Shown: piece by piece, positions 34,248 through 44,800 of the stretch
Layout: each line of letters starts with the position of its first letter
How positions within the stretch are numbered: the first letter of the stretch is position 1
Assembly (NCBI GenBank): GCA_003707115.1
Contig: PPNB01000021.1
Location: forward strand, 1-64,000
Origin: Tortispora ganteri
Taxonomy: Eukaryota
Direction: 5' to 3'
DNA length: 64,000 nucleotides
Notes under the pieces: generated by a model
What the model saw: the letters and a program-made list of their open reading frames with translations, nothing else
Database searches by the model: none
What the model was told of the DNA's origin: nothing
Position numbers and translations under genes: made by a program

Positions 34248-35825
34248 ATGAAATTGGATTTGACGCTAGCGGTGTTGACCTATACGGCAGCGGTGACCCG
34301 AGCACAGGTGGCGCAAGTGGGACGAACAACACAAGACGGCGCAATCCGATCAGGCGGCATCGGCGACGAGCTGGTCACGAACTGCGACAAGACGAAATTC
34401 TCCACAATAGAGCAGCTGAATGACCAGTTGCGCCCGAAAATAGTAGACCTTATCCATTCGGACTTCTTTAGGTTCTACAAGCTGAACCTATATGAAAAAG
34501 ATTGTCCGTTTTGGGACGAGCAAGGGATGTGCGGCAACAGAGCGTGTGCCGTTGAGACTATCGAAGACGAGTCGGAAATCCCGGAAATATGGCAGCCGTC
34601 AGCGCTCGGGCGTATTGGCGGTACAGTTGCGTCACAGCCTGTACAGTCGAATCTCGTACTGCCATCGCCCTTAAACGGGTCACTCGGTAGCGACACCGAA
34701 GAAAGCTGTGTTGTCGAGGATGCGGATGGCCGCCCGATCGGTGTAGTCAGAGACTACTGCGTCCCAGAAGACGAATCCGACACACATGGTGTGTATGTAT
34801 CTCTGATCGAGAACCCGGAACGATACACGGGTTACTCGGGCGAATCAGCACACAAAGTGTGGAGATCTATATATGGCGAGAACTGTTTCATTCAATCCAA
34901 TTCTGTCAGCAGTCCCGTACTGTTGAATGGGCCTGCACTAGCCGAGACCGATAGCACTCATATTGTAGATATGCAAGAGTGTCTAGAATGGAAAGTGTTT
35001 TACCGCCTTATTTCAGGTATGCATGCGTCGATCTCGACGCACCTGAGCTACGAATATCTGGACACGCAGTCTGGTGAATGGGGTCCTAATTTGAAAGAGT
35101 TCCAGCGCCGGGTTGGTGACCACCCAGACCGTCTGGCCAATATATACTTTAATTACGCATTGGTGGCACGTGCGATTGGCAAGCTGAACGGATACATAGA
35201 CAGCTACACATTCTGTTCGAATGACGAAGGATACGACAGAACGACAAGAAAAAGGTTGATGCAGCTTGCGGGAACGTTTGCTAACCGTGGCCGCATGCTG
35301 TTTGATGAGACCGCATTGTTTGATGGCCCGCCTGAGTTAGCAGTTTCTCTTAAAGACGAATTTCGCAACAGGTTCTTCAATGTTAGTCGGATCATGGACT
35401 GTGTTGGGTGCGACAAATGTCGGTTGTGGGGTAAGCTGCAGATCATGGGCTACGGTACTGCCCTCAAAATTCTGTTTGACTTCCCTGACGAATACGTGGA
35501 CGGAACGAAGGTTCCTATTTTGCGGCGTACGGAGATGGTTGCGCTAGTTAACACGATGGACCGGCTGTCGAAGTCGGTAGAGGCTATTCAGCGGTTTCGG
35601 GCGCTCAGTGAAGCTAAGAAGTACCCTGACGGTATCCGGGGTGATTTCCAGAGGGCATGGGACGAAGAAATTGCGCGTACTAAAGAGGCGCTGGTATTTG
35701 TATTCTGGTCGTGGGTGTATTTACCTCAGAACATTTACCGGTTGGCTCTGTACTACATATCGCTGCTGTGGAACTCATTTATTGGAATTGAACAGCGCGG
35801 TGTGTACAGTCACATTGAGCTGTAA
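34248..35825 (+). CDS. ERO1: ER oxidoreductin 1
   Basis: Signal peptide; 'CPFWDEQGMCGNRACAV', 'NPERYTGY', 'ISGMHASIS', active site 'MDCVGCDKCRLWGK'. Confidence 0.96.
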   Translation: MKLDLTLAVLTYTAAVTRAQVAQVGRTTQDGAIRSGGIGDELVTNCDKTKFSTIEQLNDQLRPKIVDLIHSDFFRFYKLNLYEKDCPFWDEQGMCGNRACAVETIEDESEIPEIWQPSALGRIGGTVASQPVQSNLVLPSPLNGSLGSDTEESCVVEDADGRPIGVVRDYCVPEDESDTHGVYVSLIENPERYTGYSGESAHKVWRSIYGENCFIQSNSVSSPVLLNGPALAETDSTHIVDMQECLEWKVFYRLISGMHASISTHLSYEYLDTQSGEWGPNLKEFQRRVGDHPDRLANIYFNYALVARAIGKLNGYIDSYTFCSNDEGYDRTTRKRLMQLAGTFANRGRMLFDETALFDGPPELAVSLKDEFRNRFFNVSRIMDCVGCDKCRLWGKLQIMGYGTALKILFDFPDEYVDGTKVPILRRTEMVALVNTMDRLSKSVEAIQRFRALSEAKKYPDGIRGDFQRAWDEEIARTKEALVFVFWSWVYLPQNIYRLALYYISLLWNSFIGIEQRGVYSHIEL

Positions 35826-35924
35826 TGGGTTTCGAGCTGAGTGTAACATTAATGATAGATATCATGACGTGTGATGGTAGTGTGAGCGAGTGTAGGGTGA
35901 ATGGGAAATGGCGAAGACCATATA

Positions 35925-36392
35925 TTAATCAATTGGCATGTCTGTTGGTGTATCTATCGACATATCAATTGACATTGCATCCGACTGTGGCGTTTCGGGG
36001 GCGTCGGATTCTGGTTTTGACAAATCTGTATCATCTGGTATACCTGGATCGCCAGATGGCAATTTCAGCAAAGGCGGGACGTAAGGAGTAAGTGCCATTG
36101 AATAACTTGAATCATTGGAAGTTCCAGCTTTCAGTACAGCACGGGGTACTTGTTTTATCTCGCGCCTTGCAATCGGGTTGATCGAGAAGACAGACTCGTT
36201 TTCGTCTTCTGAGGAAGTATCGTAATCATCAAGCGATCTAACGAAGATAGTATATTTTGTATCATCAACATCCATCAATTCGTTATCGTCTTTAGGTATA
36301 TCAATAGAAAGGCGCTTCATGCCGTCTAATAGACGCTTTTTTGTCCTTTGATACCCGTCATTATCGTCATCGCGTTGCCGCTTTTGGTGCAT
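35925..36392 (-). CDS. Small hypothetical protein, probably a conserved fungal family
   Basis: 155 aa ATG ORF filling the gap between ERO1 and LSM6; basic N-terminal 'KRQR...KKRL..MKRLSI', 'MDVDDTKYTIFV..LDD', acidic patch, 'MALTPYVPP'. Confidence 0.65.
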   Translation of the reverse strand: MHQKRQRDDDNDGYQRTKKRLLDGMKRLSIDIPKDDNELMDVDDTKYTIFVRSLDDYDTSSEDENESVFSINPIARREIKQVPRAVLKAGTSNDSSYSMALTPYVPPLLKLPSGDPGIPDDTDLSKPESDAPETPQSDAMSIDMSIDTPTDMPID

Positions 36393-36469
36393 ATGGAGAC
36401 TTCTGGAAACGAGACTTCACAATTTGTGGGTTTGTAGGTCCCAACGACTCAACCTTCGAAAACCACACA

Positions 36470-36750
36470 ATGACATCCAAACAAGATCCCTCAGCGTTCC
36501 TTACCGGTATTAAAGGCAAGGACGTCATTGTTGAGCTTAATTCCGGTATAGAATATAAAGGTAAGCACTATAAGTAAATGGTTAATAAATTGTTTACCAT
36601 ATACTAACTTCCCTAGGACTTTTAAAATCTGTAGATGGGTACATGAACATTTCTCTAAGTAACACCAAGGAGATCGCCAACAACAGGGTCACCAAAGAGT
36701 ATGGCGATGTATTTATACGCGGAAACAATGTTCTCCTTATTTCAAACTAA
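36470..36750 (+). CDS. LSM6: U6 snRNA-associated Sm-like protein Lsm6 (exons 36470-36560, 36617-36750)
   Basis: Spliced product MTSKQDPSAFLTGIKGKDVIVELNSGIEYKGLLKSVDGYMNISL...YGDVFIRGNNVLLISN contains Sm1/Sm2 motifs; the ORF track shows only the exon 1 frame. Confidence 0.93.
36561..36616 (+). other. Spliceosomal intron in LSM6 (56 nt)
   Basis: GTAAGC donor, TACTAAC branch point, CCCTAG acceptor; phase 1. Confidence 0.93.
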
Positions 36751-36880
36751 TTTTGGCTTGTTTACGAATAATTTTTAACTCATTTCGCGGGTTTCTACCG
36801 CTGTTAATGTATACACGACTATAATTTACACCCCGCCCTCAGTACTTAAAACCTCCCACTGACTTCTCCTAGCAACAGTC

Positions 36881-39800
36881 ATGAACATATACGTGCAACT
36901 TGAGCCCAGATGTCTTGCGGTAACGGCTGGTGAACATGTCCTCGTATTTAGACGTACTGAAGATAAAGTAAAATGCATTGTAGAATTTGTTTCACAATCA
37001 TCCATTGATCTCTCGACATTCAAGCTTCTATCGGACCAGAAATTGTATGGGATCGTCGGTTTAATACATGTCCAAGAAGAGACATATCTCTGTACTATTT
37101 CTTCACGCACACCTGTCGCCGCCCCTCGATTTGGTGAGACTGTCAATCAAATCAATGACGTCTACTTTTATTGTCTTACATCTTCTAAATACGATTTCAT
37201 ACAACTTGACACCCTCGGCAATGTCGTCTCCGTCCCGCAACAACGAGACCACAGAAACCATGCTGTTCGCCAACGCCAACAACAAACCGCCCGCTCATCT
37301 TCCTCACATCTATCGCCTCCTCCGCCGCTACCGCCGCGACCTCAGTCAGACCTCCTTACAGACAGCGACGACCCTGCCGTCCGCGGCGCCACAATCGCTT
37401 TCGCTAATCTCCAACAGCAGCGGCAACAGGAACGCCTAGCATTAGAACAACAGCAACAGCGAGACCACCAGTACCGCAGACCCTCTCCTGACGCTCCACA
37501 GGCCTCATACTACCCTGAGATCTCTGGTGGCGTTCGATATCAAATCGGCGACGTTATAGACCACCCGTGCCTTGGGCTACGCCGCCTTCTTGCAGACGGT
37601 TCGTTCTATTACTCGCCCGATTTCGACGTCACATCTAATGTCCAGCGCCGCCAGACCGGTGCTACTGCTCCAATCATGATGCACCAACCTCAAACACAGT
37701 ACGATTCTGACCTAAGCGTCAACGTTGCACACTCCTCTCGCTCTCCAAACTCAGGCGTCGGAGACTGCGCAGAAGACACATTCATGTGGAATTCCGCGAT
37801 GATACAGGAACTTCTCGTCTTCCGACGACATCTGCTGTCTGACCAGCGCAAAGATTTTGATAAATGCAAATTGCTAACTACCGTCATTCGCGGGTTTGCA
37901 GCATCAACTAAATCAACCGCTGGTGGCGTCCCAGTACGACTCACTGTAATTTCAAAACTCTCTTCTATGCGCGCTGGAACCCGTTTTAATGCACGTGGAG
38001 TAGACGACACTGGTGCTGTGGCAAACTTTGTCGAAACCGAAACTGTCGTTGAAAGCGAATCCTTCTTATTCGCATACACGCAAGTCCGTGGGTCGGTTCC
38101 CGTATTCTGGGAACAAAGCACGCAACTACTCACTACTAAAATTAAAATCAACCGGTCTAAGGAAGCTACACAGCCTGCTTTTAATAAACATTTTGACCTA
38201 CTTACGAGTAAGTATGGCCTTGTATATATACTGAACCTGCTTTCTGCGACTAAGCCAGGCGAAGTAGAATTGTCTCAAAGATACCGCCAGTTGGTAGATG
38301 ATGCAAGCTTGAAGTCGTTTTCTGGTCAAATGTCTATGCTGAACTTTGACTTCCATGCAGAGGTTAACCGTGGTGGAAGCTACTCGGCCGCCTCAAATAT
38401 CATAGTACCTATACAAGACGCACTTTACGATTTTGGGTTCTTCTTGTATGATCGCAGTACCTCAACTATTCAGCTGGAACAAACTGGTGTCTTCAGAACA
38501 AATTGTTTAGACTGTTTAGACAGAACAAATCTTATTCAAGAGGTTATTTCACGCTACACCATGGAGCTGTTCTTTAGAGAGCGCGGTATTGATTGCTCTC
38601 CTGGCGTGAATGATGATATTTTCTACAAACATTCTATAATCTGGGCAGATAGTGGCGATCAACTGTCTAAAATATATGCAGGAACTGGTGCACTTAAATC
38701 TTCATATACAAGATCTGGAAAGATGAACTTAGCTGGTGCACTCTCGGATGCGACCAAGTCCGTGAGCCGTCTATACATTAATAACTTCATGGACAAGTCC
38801 CGTCAGCAGACAATAGATTTTCTTCTTGGACGACTTGAAGGCCAGTTGGTTGTTGGTGTCTATGATCCTATCAACGACTATGTGGAGTCTGAACTAGAAC
38901 GCCACAAGTCTGAGTTTTCGGCTCAGAAGGAGATATCTATTGTCACTGCAACATTCAACGCTGGTGGTGCGATTCCGGATGGCAAAACAAATTTAGACGA
39001 CTGGCTTTTTCCTGCTTCTATGGAGGAACTCCCGGATATATTTGTCATTGGCATTCAGGAGCTCGTTGATTTAACTCCAGGACAAATAATCAATGCTGAC
39101 TCAGGAAGACGCGTCATATGGGAAGAGACTATTCTGAACTCGCTCAATTCGCATGGAAACTATGCTCTTCTGCGTGTTGGTCAGCTAGTGGGAACTGCAT
39201 TGTTCATATTCGGCAGTCTAGGAGCGCTTGAGCATATTCATTCGGTGGAAGGAAGTATGAAGAAAACTGGGTTTGGTGGAATGGCCGGTAACAAAGGAGG
39301 TCTTGCCTGTTCATTGCACTACGCAGACACATCTTTCTGCTTTATAACTGCGCATTTTGCTGCTGGTCAGCATAATGTCGAAGAGCGTGTTCAAAACTAC
39401 AAAACTTTAAGCAACGGTCTTCGATTTTCTCGAGGAAGATCTGTACAGTCTCATGATGCTGCTGTTTGGTTTGGCGATTTTAATTTCCGTATTGGAGGAG
39501 GCCTTTCGTATGATGACGTTATGGACGCTATTCAGCACTCTAATTTAGAAGTTTTACTTGAGAGCGACCAGCTGCACCAGTGCATGGTTGCGGGTCTGGC
39601 TTTCCCTTACTATAGAGAGGCTTCAGTGACGTTTATGCCTACATACAAGTTTGATGTCGGAACTGATTCATACGATACTTCCGAGAAACAGCGTATTCCA
39701 TCATGGACCGATAGAATTATATACAAGGGCAAGCCGCTTAGAAGTCAGTATTATAATTCTGTGGCTAGTTTAAGACTCTCTGACCACAAACCTGTCACTG

Positions 39801-40375
39801 CAATATTCAGGGCGTCTGTTGAAATAATTAACCGCGAGAAGCGAACACAGATGGCGCGTGAGATATATGAGAGGCGAAGAGGTGAAATAGGAGGTGTTTC
39901 CTCTGTAACGAAGAAACAAGAGGTTAGCGGAGTCACATTAAAGAATGGCTTACCTCCGCCGTCGTCTAGCAATCAACGATGGTGGTTAAACGGCGGTAGG
40001 CATGCGAAAGTACAGTTTCCGGACGCTAAAAAAGGTACTATTGTTAATCCTGGCTTGCCAAATAATCCATTTAATATTTCAGAGGTAACACAGGAGTTTA
40101 TATATCCTGACTCCCTCACTGACAATACACGCGATGATTTGAAATCACGGAAATCAGTTCCTTCTGTGCCGGTAAAACCTGCAAGCCTTAGATCTACACC
40201 TGTTTCGCCCGGTCACGATTCCAAAATATCACAGAAGAGTTCTATATCTCACAATAGTGCCCTACGTTCCTTGAATGACAACAATTCGGGCTCATCTACG
40301 CCTAGTCTGATGGATGACGATGTCATCGACACTACGAAATCGCTTAACAAATGGGAGCCTTTGAAGCCTACTTGA
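36881..40375 (+). CDS. Synaptojanin-like polyphosphoinositide phosphatase (Sac1 + 5-phosphatase), Inp52/Inp53-like
   Basis: Sac1 'RAGTRFNARG', 'RGSVPVFW', intact 'RTNCLDCLDRTN'; 5-phosphatase 'WFGDFNFRI', 'PTYKFD', 'RIPSWTDRI'. Confidence 0.93.
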   Translation: MNIYVQLEPRCLAVTAGEHVLVFRRTEDKVKCIVEFVSQSSIDLSTFKLLSDQKLYGIVGLIHVQEETYLCTISSRTPVAAPRFGETVNQINDVYFYCLTSSKYDFIQLDTLGNVVSVPQQRDHRNHAVRQRQQQTARSSSSHLSPPPPLPPRPQSDLLTDSDDPAVRGATIAFANLQQQRQQERLALEQQQQRDHQYRRPSPDAPQASYYPEISGGVRYQIGDVIDHPCLGLRRLLADGSFYYSPDFDVTSNVQRRQTGATAPIMMHQPQTQYDSDLSVNVAHSSRSPNSGVGDCAEDTFMWNSAMIQELLVFRRHLLSDQRKDFDKCKLLTTVIRGFAASTKSTAGGVPVRLTVISKLSSMRAGTRFNARGVDDTGAVANFVETETVVESESFLFAYTQVRGSVPVFWEQSTQLLTTKIKINRSKEATQPAFNKHFDLLTSKYGLVYILNLLSATKPGEVELSQRYRQLVDDASLKSFSGQMSMLNFDFHAEVNRGGSYSAASNIIVPIQDALYDFGFFLYDRSTSTIQLEQTGVFRTNCLDCLDRTNLIQEVISRYTMELFFRERGIDCSPGVNDDIFYKHSIIWADSGDQLSKIYAGTGALKSSYTRSGKMNLAGALSDATKSVSRLYINNFMDKSRQQTIDFLLGRLEGQLVVGVYDPINDYVESELERHKSEFSAQKEISIVTATFNAGGAIPDGKTNLDDWLFPASMEELPDIFVIGIQELVDLTPGQIINADSGRRVIWEETILNSLNSHGNYALLRVGQLVGTALFIFGSLGALEHIHSVEGSMKKTGFGGMAGNKGGLACSLHYADTSFCFITAHFAAGQHNVEERVQNYKTLSNGLRFSRGRSVQSHDAAVWFGDFNFRIGGGLSYDDVMDAIQHSNLEVLLESDQLHQCMVAGLAFPYYREASVTFMPTYKFDVGTDSYDTSEKQRIPSWTDRIIYKGKPLRSQYYNSVASLRLSDHKPVTAIFRASVEIINREKRTQMAREIYERRRGEIGGVSSVTKKQEVSGVTLKNGLPPPSSSNQRWWLNGGRHAKVQFPDAKKGTIVNPGLPNNPFNISEVTQEFIYPDSLTDNTRDDLKSRKSVPSVPVKPASLRSTPVSPGHDSKISQKSSISHNSALRSLNDNNSGSSTPSLMDDDVIDTTKSLNKWEPLKPT

Positions 40376-40437
40376 ATAAAACAAGTACGATTAAGAAAGA
40401 AAGATAGAACCCCTGAAATGCGCCTGATAGTGTACAA

Positions 40438-41724
40438 TTATAATGTGTCATTATTTGCTGAAGCAGCGCCTGCGGTGCTAGAGGAATAAGCAAGAACCCA
40501 TTTGGAATCAGTTAATAAGTACTTGCAAGCCGTCGTCCATTCGCCATTACTAGAATTCACGGAAAGTTTTATGCTGAGACCATTTATATATTCCTTATCA
40601 ATTTTGTAAGGTATAGACAGATTTGCATCTCGTTTAAGTAATTCTTTGTATATATATTTCAGAATAGAGAGCAAAGCGACCATGGCCTCGTCGAACTTAC
40701 GGAAAGTGAGGACTCTTTCAATGGTGTATTCACCAGAAGAGAATACGTTCAGCACTTTTGTAGGCTTATTATGTGAGTCAAGCACCTCAATTCGAGACGT
40801 AGATCCCATAGGAATTAGACGATAGTTCGGTAAAGAAATGTTTAGCATTTGCAAGACATTGGCGTATAGTAAGACTATGTAACCGAGCGCTGCATTTATT
40901 TCAGGCCATTCCACTAGTATATCTGGTAGTCGGCCTAATCTAAGTCCATTTATTGTACCAAAAAAGCCATCGTGACCTATGCAGAAAGTATCATTGTAAA
41001 CATTAGTCTTTTTGAGTTTGTTGAGTTGGTCAAAGTCATGATCATAGATGAGATTTATACTTTCACGTTCGTTCATGAACTGATCAATTTCTGCAGCAAG
41101 TTTATTCTGTTCAAGCCAGAATTTTTTACTCTCCAATTTTATAGCATCATGTTCTTTGTCGAGCTCAGCAAGCTCTTGTTTAAGCGAATCATGTTGTGTT
41201 TCTAAACTTTTAAGTTGCTTCATGAGATCGGTCTGCTCATGAAGTGCAGCGTGGTACGCTTCTTCCTCATTTGAAGTCTTTTCAGACGAAGATGGCCGCT
41301 CCATCCGGCGAATCTGTTGAATATAAATGTCACGTTCCTTAGTAAGGTTATCAAATTGATCCTTAAGTGCCGCAATGACACTCTCAGTACATTCTGCGCA
41401 CATGGGGAAGTCTAAGTCGGAATCACCAGAGAGCATATCATAGAGCTCAGCTGTAGACTCAATACCATTTGCCAGTTGTTGCTCGGTATCTTCATTATCG
41501 AGATATACAAAAGATTCGGTGTTGTCAAGCGCTTCGATCCGATTGACAATATGTGCGGAGGCGGCTGATTCATAAAGCGCTGCACGATCTTCAGGTAACA
41601 CGACATCCACAACATCCGTGCCAGCATCTTTCTTCAAAAGAGCACCTAACCGCGGTCCATTCAGGTGTAGCAAACTTTGGTGCGTCGTGATTGGTAGATG
41701 GCAGTTCGTGCACGACTCCGACAT
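40438..41724 (-). CDS. VPS30: Beclin/Atg6/Vps30, PI3-kinase complex subunit
   Basis: N-terminal 'CTNCHLPI', 'ESFVYL', 'DFPMCAEC', coiled coil, BARA domain 'TNVYNDTFCIGHDGFFGTINGLRLGRL...EWPEINAALG'. First in-frame ATG is 41724. Confidence 0.93.
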   Translation of the reverse strand: MSESCTNCHLPITTHQSLLHLNGPRLGALLKKDAGTDVVDVVLPEDRAALYESAASAHIVNRIEALDNTESFVYLDNEDTEQQLANGIESTAELYDMLSGDSDLDFPMCAECTESVIAALKDQFDNLTKERDIYIQQIRRMERPSSSEKTSNEEEAYHAALHEQTDLMKQLKSLETQHDSLKQELAELDKEHDAIKLESKKFWLEQNKLAAEIDQFMNERESINLIYDHDFDQLNKLKKTNVYNDTFCIGHDGFFGTINGLRLGRLPDILVEWPEINAALGYIVLLYANVLQMLNISLPNYRLIPMGSTSRIEVLDSHNKPTKVLNVFSSGEYTIERVLTFRKFDEAMVALLSILKYIYKELLKRDANLSIPYKIDKEYINGLSIKLSVNSSNGEWTTACKYLLTDSKWVLAYSSSTAGAASANNDTL

Positions 41725-41808
41725 TAGTAGTAGACGTAAGTCAATTGATACATCCACCCCCCACCTAACCCACCCCCCAGCGTAACTGCCACCTTGACCT
41801 TCATAAAC

Positions 41809-44800
41809 ATGGACGACACTGGCGAACCACCGCTAGCTAGCAATAACGGTAGCGTTGACTCGCTAGATGACCCCAATTTCAGTTCTGCTGTTTCTACCCC
41901 ACAGAAGAATAGTAAATCTCCATTTGCTGACCTCCAATTCACCTCCCCTTCTACCTCTACCCTTAGATCCCCGTCAATTGCGTCCTTCTCTTCACCACTT
42001 ACCTCACGCTTACGTTCACACTATGACGCCCAAATCTCTTCCAGGACAGTCGCAGCGCCTTCTGCACCTTCTTCTGCCACTGTCGACCTTCTTGACAATC
42101 TCTCTTCTGTACGCTGGCGTCGTCTCCAAAAACTTTCCAACGTACTCTACTCTGAACATACTGCTAGAGCATTTGGTTCCCCACAATGCCTCGCAGTCGG
42201 CTCTTCCATACTTGTAGGTACTTCCAGAGGGCTTGTACTGGTTTTTTCATACACTCAAACATTGGCATCGGTACTTGGACAAAATTCTCCCGCCACTGAA
42301 AGTGGTCCAGTCACCGTCCTGGCATTCTCAGCTGACTGTACCGTACTGGCTGCCGGCCACGCCAACGGAAACATATTAGTCTACGATCTCTCGCGTCCAG
42401 ACACATATTCCTACGTCATTCGCTCTGTTCCGCGTGATCAGCACGCACATACCAAGCCTCCTGATGGCCATTTACCAGGCTCAAAAATTTTGCATCTCAC
42501 ATTCTTAGGCAAACGACATTCGCTGCTAGCCTCTACAGACGATCATGGAATTGCCCTTCTACATCAGCGTGTACACGGACTTACTGGTGCACGCACTCTA
42601 TCTACTAAAATTCTTGGAAAATACCCCTCGTCAACCCTTACAACTTCTCCGAAACCTCGCATACGCATCCTACTTGCATTTTCACATCTACCGTACGGAA
42701 ACCTCGTGTTCCCTACAGATAATATGGGTATTATTGCTGTCGTCACCCCATTTCAACTTATCATTATTGCATTGACACCCTCTGCTCAAACGTTGTACCA
42801 GTTGAAACGCAAGTCCTCGGTCACTACAAGTATCGGCGGCGCGGCTAGTTGGCATCCTGCTGCTAAACGCGGCGATACTGCAACTTTCCCTATGTTGGCA
42901 TACTCTTGGGCTAACGAACTGCACGTCCTACGTGTGTCGCACCCAAAAGACATTAATGCTGACTCTGTGGAACCCGGCGATTTGCAGTTCTCTCACTTCT
43001 GGTCCTGGAAAACTGACGAAACTATCGTCGCAATAAACTGGCTGAGTAATATGCTTATTTCTGTGGTCACGCTCACTCAAAGACTTTTCATTGTAGACTG
43101 CGCAACTATGGACTTCGTTGACCAATCAGATATCAACTCTAGAGGCGTCGTCCACCATCCTTTTTTTATCAAAGCACTAAGCGCGCTCAATAAGGATGCG
43201 AACTCTGACTTCGCCACTCCTAACTCCACTCACTACATTCCAGAATCATATTTTAACTCAATCAGGACATTCAAAGAACGCATATTTCTTTTAGGCAACT
43301 ACGAGCTTGTGGTCGGCACGCTCGCAAACTGGGCAGATTGGTTGCTTGCCATTATGGATAAAGGCAATTGCTCTGAAGCAATCTTTTTGGCTCTTAAATA
43401 CTACAAAGGCGAAATAAATGGTGGTCTAGTAGGACTACCATCTGATGACAGAACTCGGAAAGCTATGATGTCCGAGAAAATAAAAGAATTCGTCATTGCT
43501 TCTCTTACATACGTTCTCAGCCGTGCTACAGAAGTAAACACAGATATAGATTATGAAACTGGAAACTCTGTTTTGCATGATCTGTCATATTATTGCTTTG
43601 AGGCGCTTACCACGCTTCATAGCGAAGACATGCTGTACGAGCAGGTGTATGACCTGTATGCGCGCTACAACAGCGTCGGGAGCTATTTTGATGTTCTCAA
43701 ATTGTTTATATATACGGGAAAAATTACGTCAATTCCCCCTGATATATGCAAAGCGCTAGTCAATTATGATGTTGCAGGAACAGTCAGTGATGATCTACAA
43801 CTAGTTCTTTGCAGACTTGACCCTTTGTCTTTTGACATAGATTGGACCTCTACGAAATGCGCTGAAAACGGTTTATGGGAAACTCTTGCCTATATCTGGA
43901 CCCGTGGACTAATGGATTGCATTACGCCCTGTTTCTACTTCTTTGATCTCATTTCTCAGGCACTTAGTGGTGCTGTCAATCCTAAAGTGCTGGAAGGCGC
44001 GCGCACTACCTACGAATATTTTACTTATATCCTTACTGGAAAAGTATTTCCTTCAGGAATCCTAATGGAACCTGGAGTGGCGGTTTCTATGAAAGCGTCT
44101 TTATACTATATGCTGTTTCTAGGAACAACCATAGTTTGGCCCTTTGTGAATGGAAAAATATTGTCTGTGGATCCTGCATTTAACGAAGAAGCTTTTCCCT
44201 ATCTAAAGCTATTGCTGTCTTTTGATTCAAAGCGGTTTTTTTCATTCCTCAGCGAAGCATTTGAAGACAGTTTCTTGAATGATTCTGTTGGTGAAGACAA
44301 TAGCTCTGTCAGGACCTTTTCGTCGCCAGACCAGGATTTTGGGTCTGCTCTTACTCGTCAGTATATTATTCAAATTTTGCTTGATATATTTGACAGTTCT
44401 TTTTATGCGTCAAATAGTGAAGCTTCTATTCGGTTTAATATATTTCTTTCTTCGAATTCTGTTAAGTACCCTCAATTCCTGATACTTTCTGACAACACGA
44501 AGGACCGAGTGATTCGATCGTTATGCAACTTACCAGAGGAATTTGAGTATCTACACACTGAAGCAGAACTTGGTCTAGAATGTTTGCTATCTCAGTATCG
44601 TCCAGTAGACTTTGAGAACGTGATTGAGCTGTTGAAAGAATCACAGTATTTTGTCGCTTTGCAAGATTTATATCGATCTGAGAAATGTTTTATTGAGCTT
44701 CTTGACATGTATGCTAAACAAGGAGGAGTAGACTCTGTGGGACTATTTAATGCGCTGTCTGAGTCGATAACATATGCAGAGGAACAAGAGGATGACGCTA

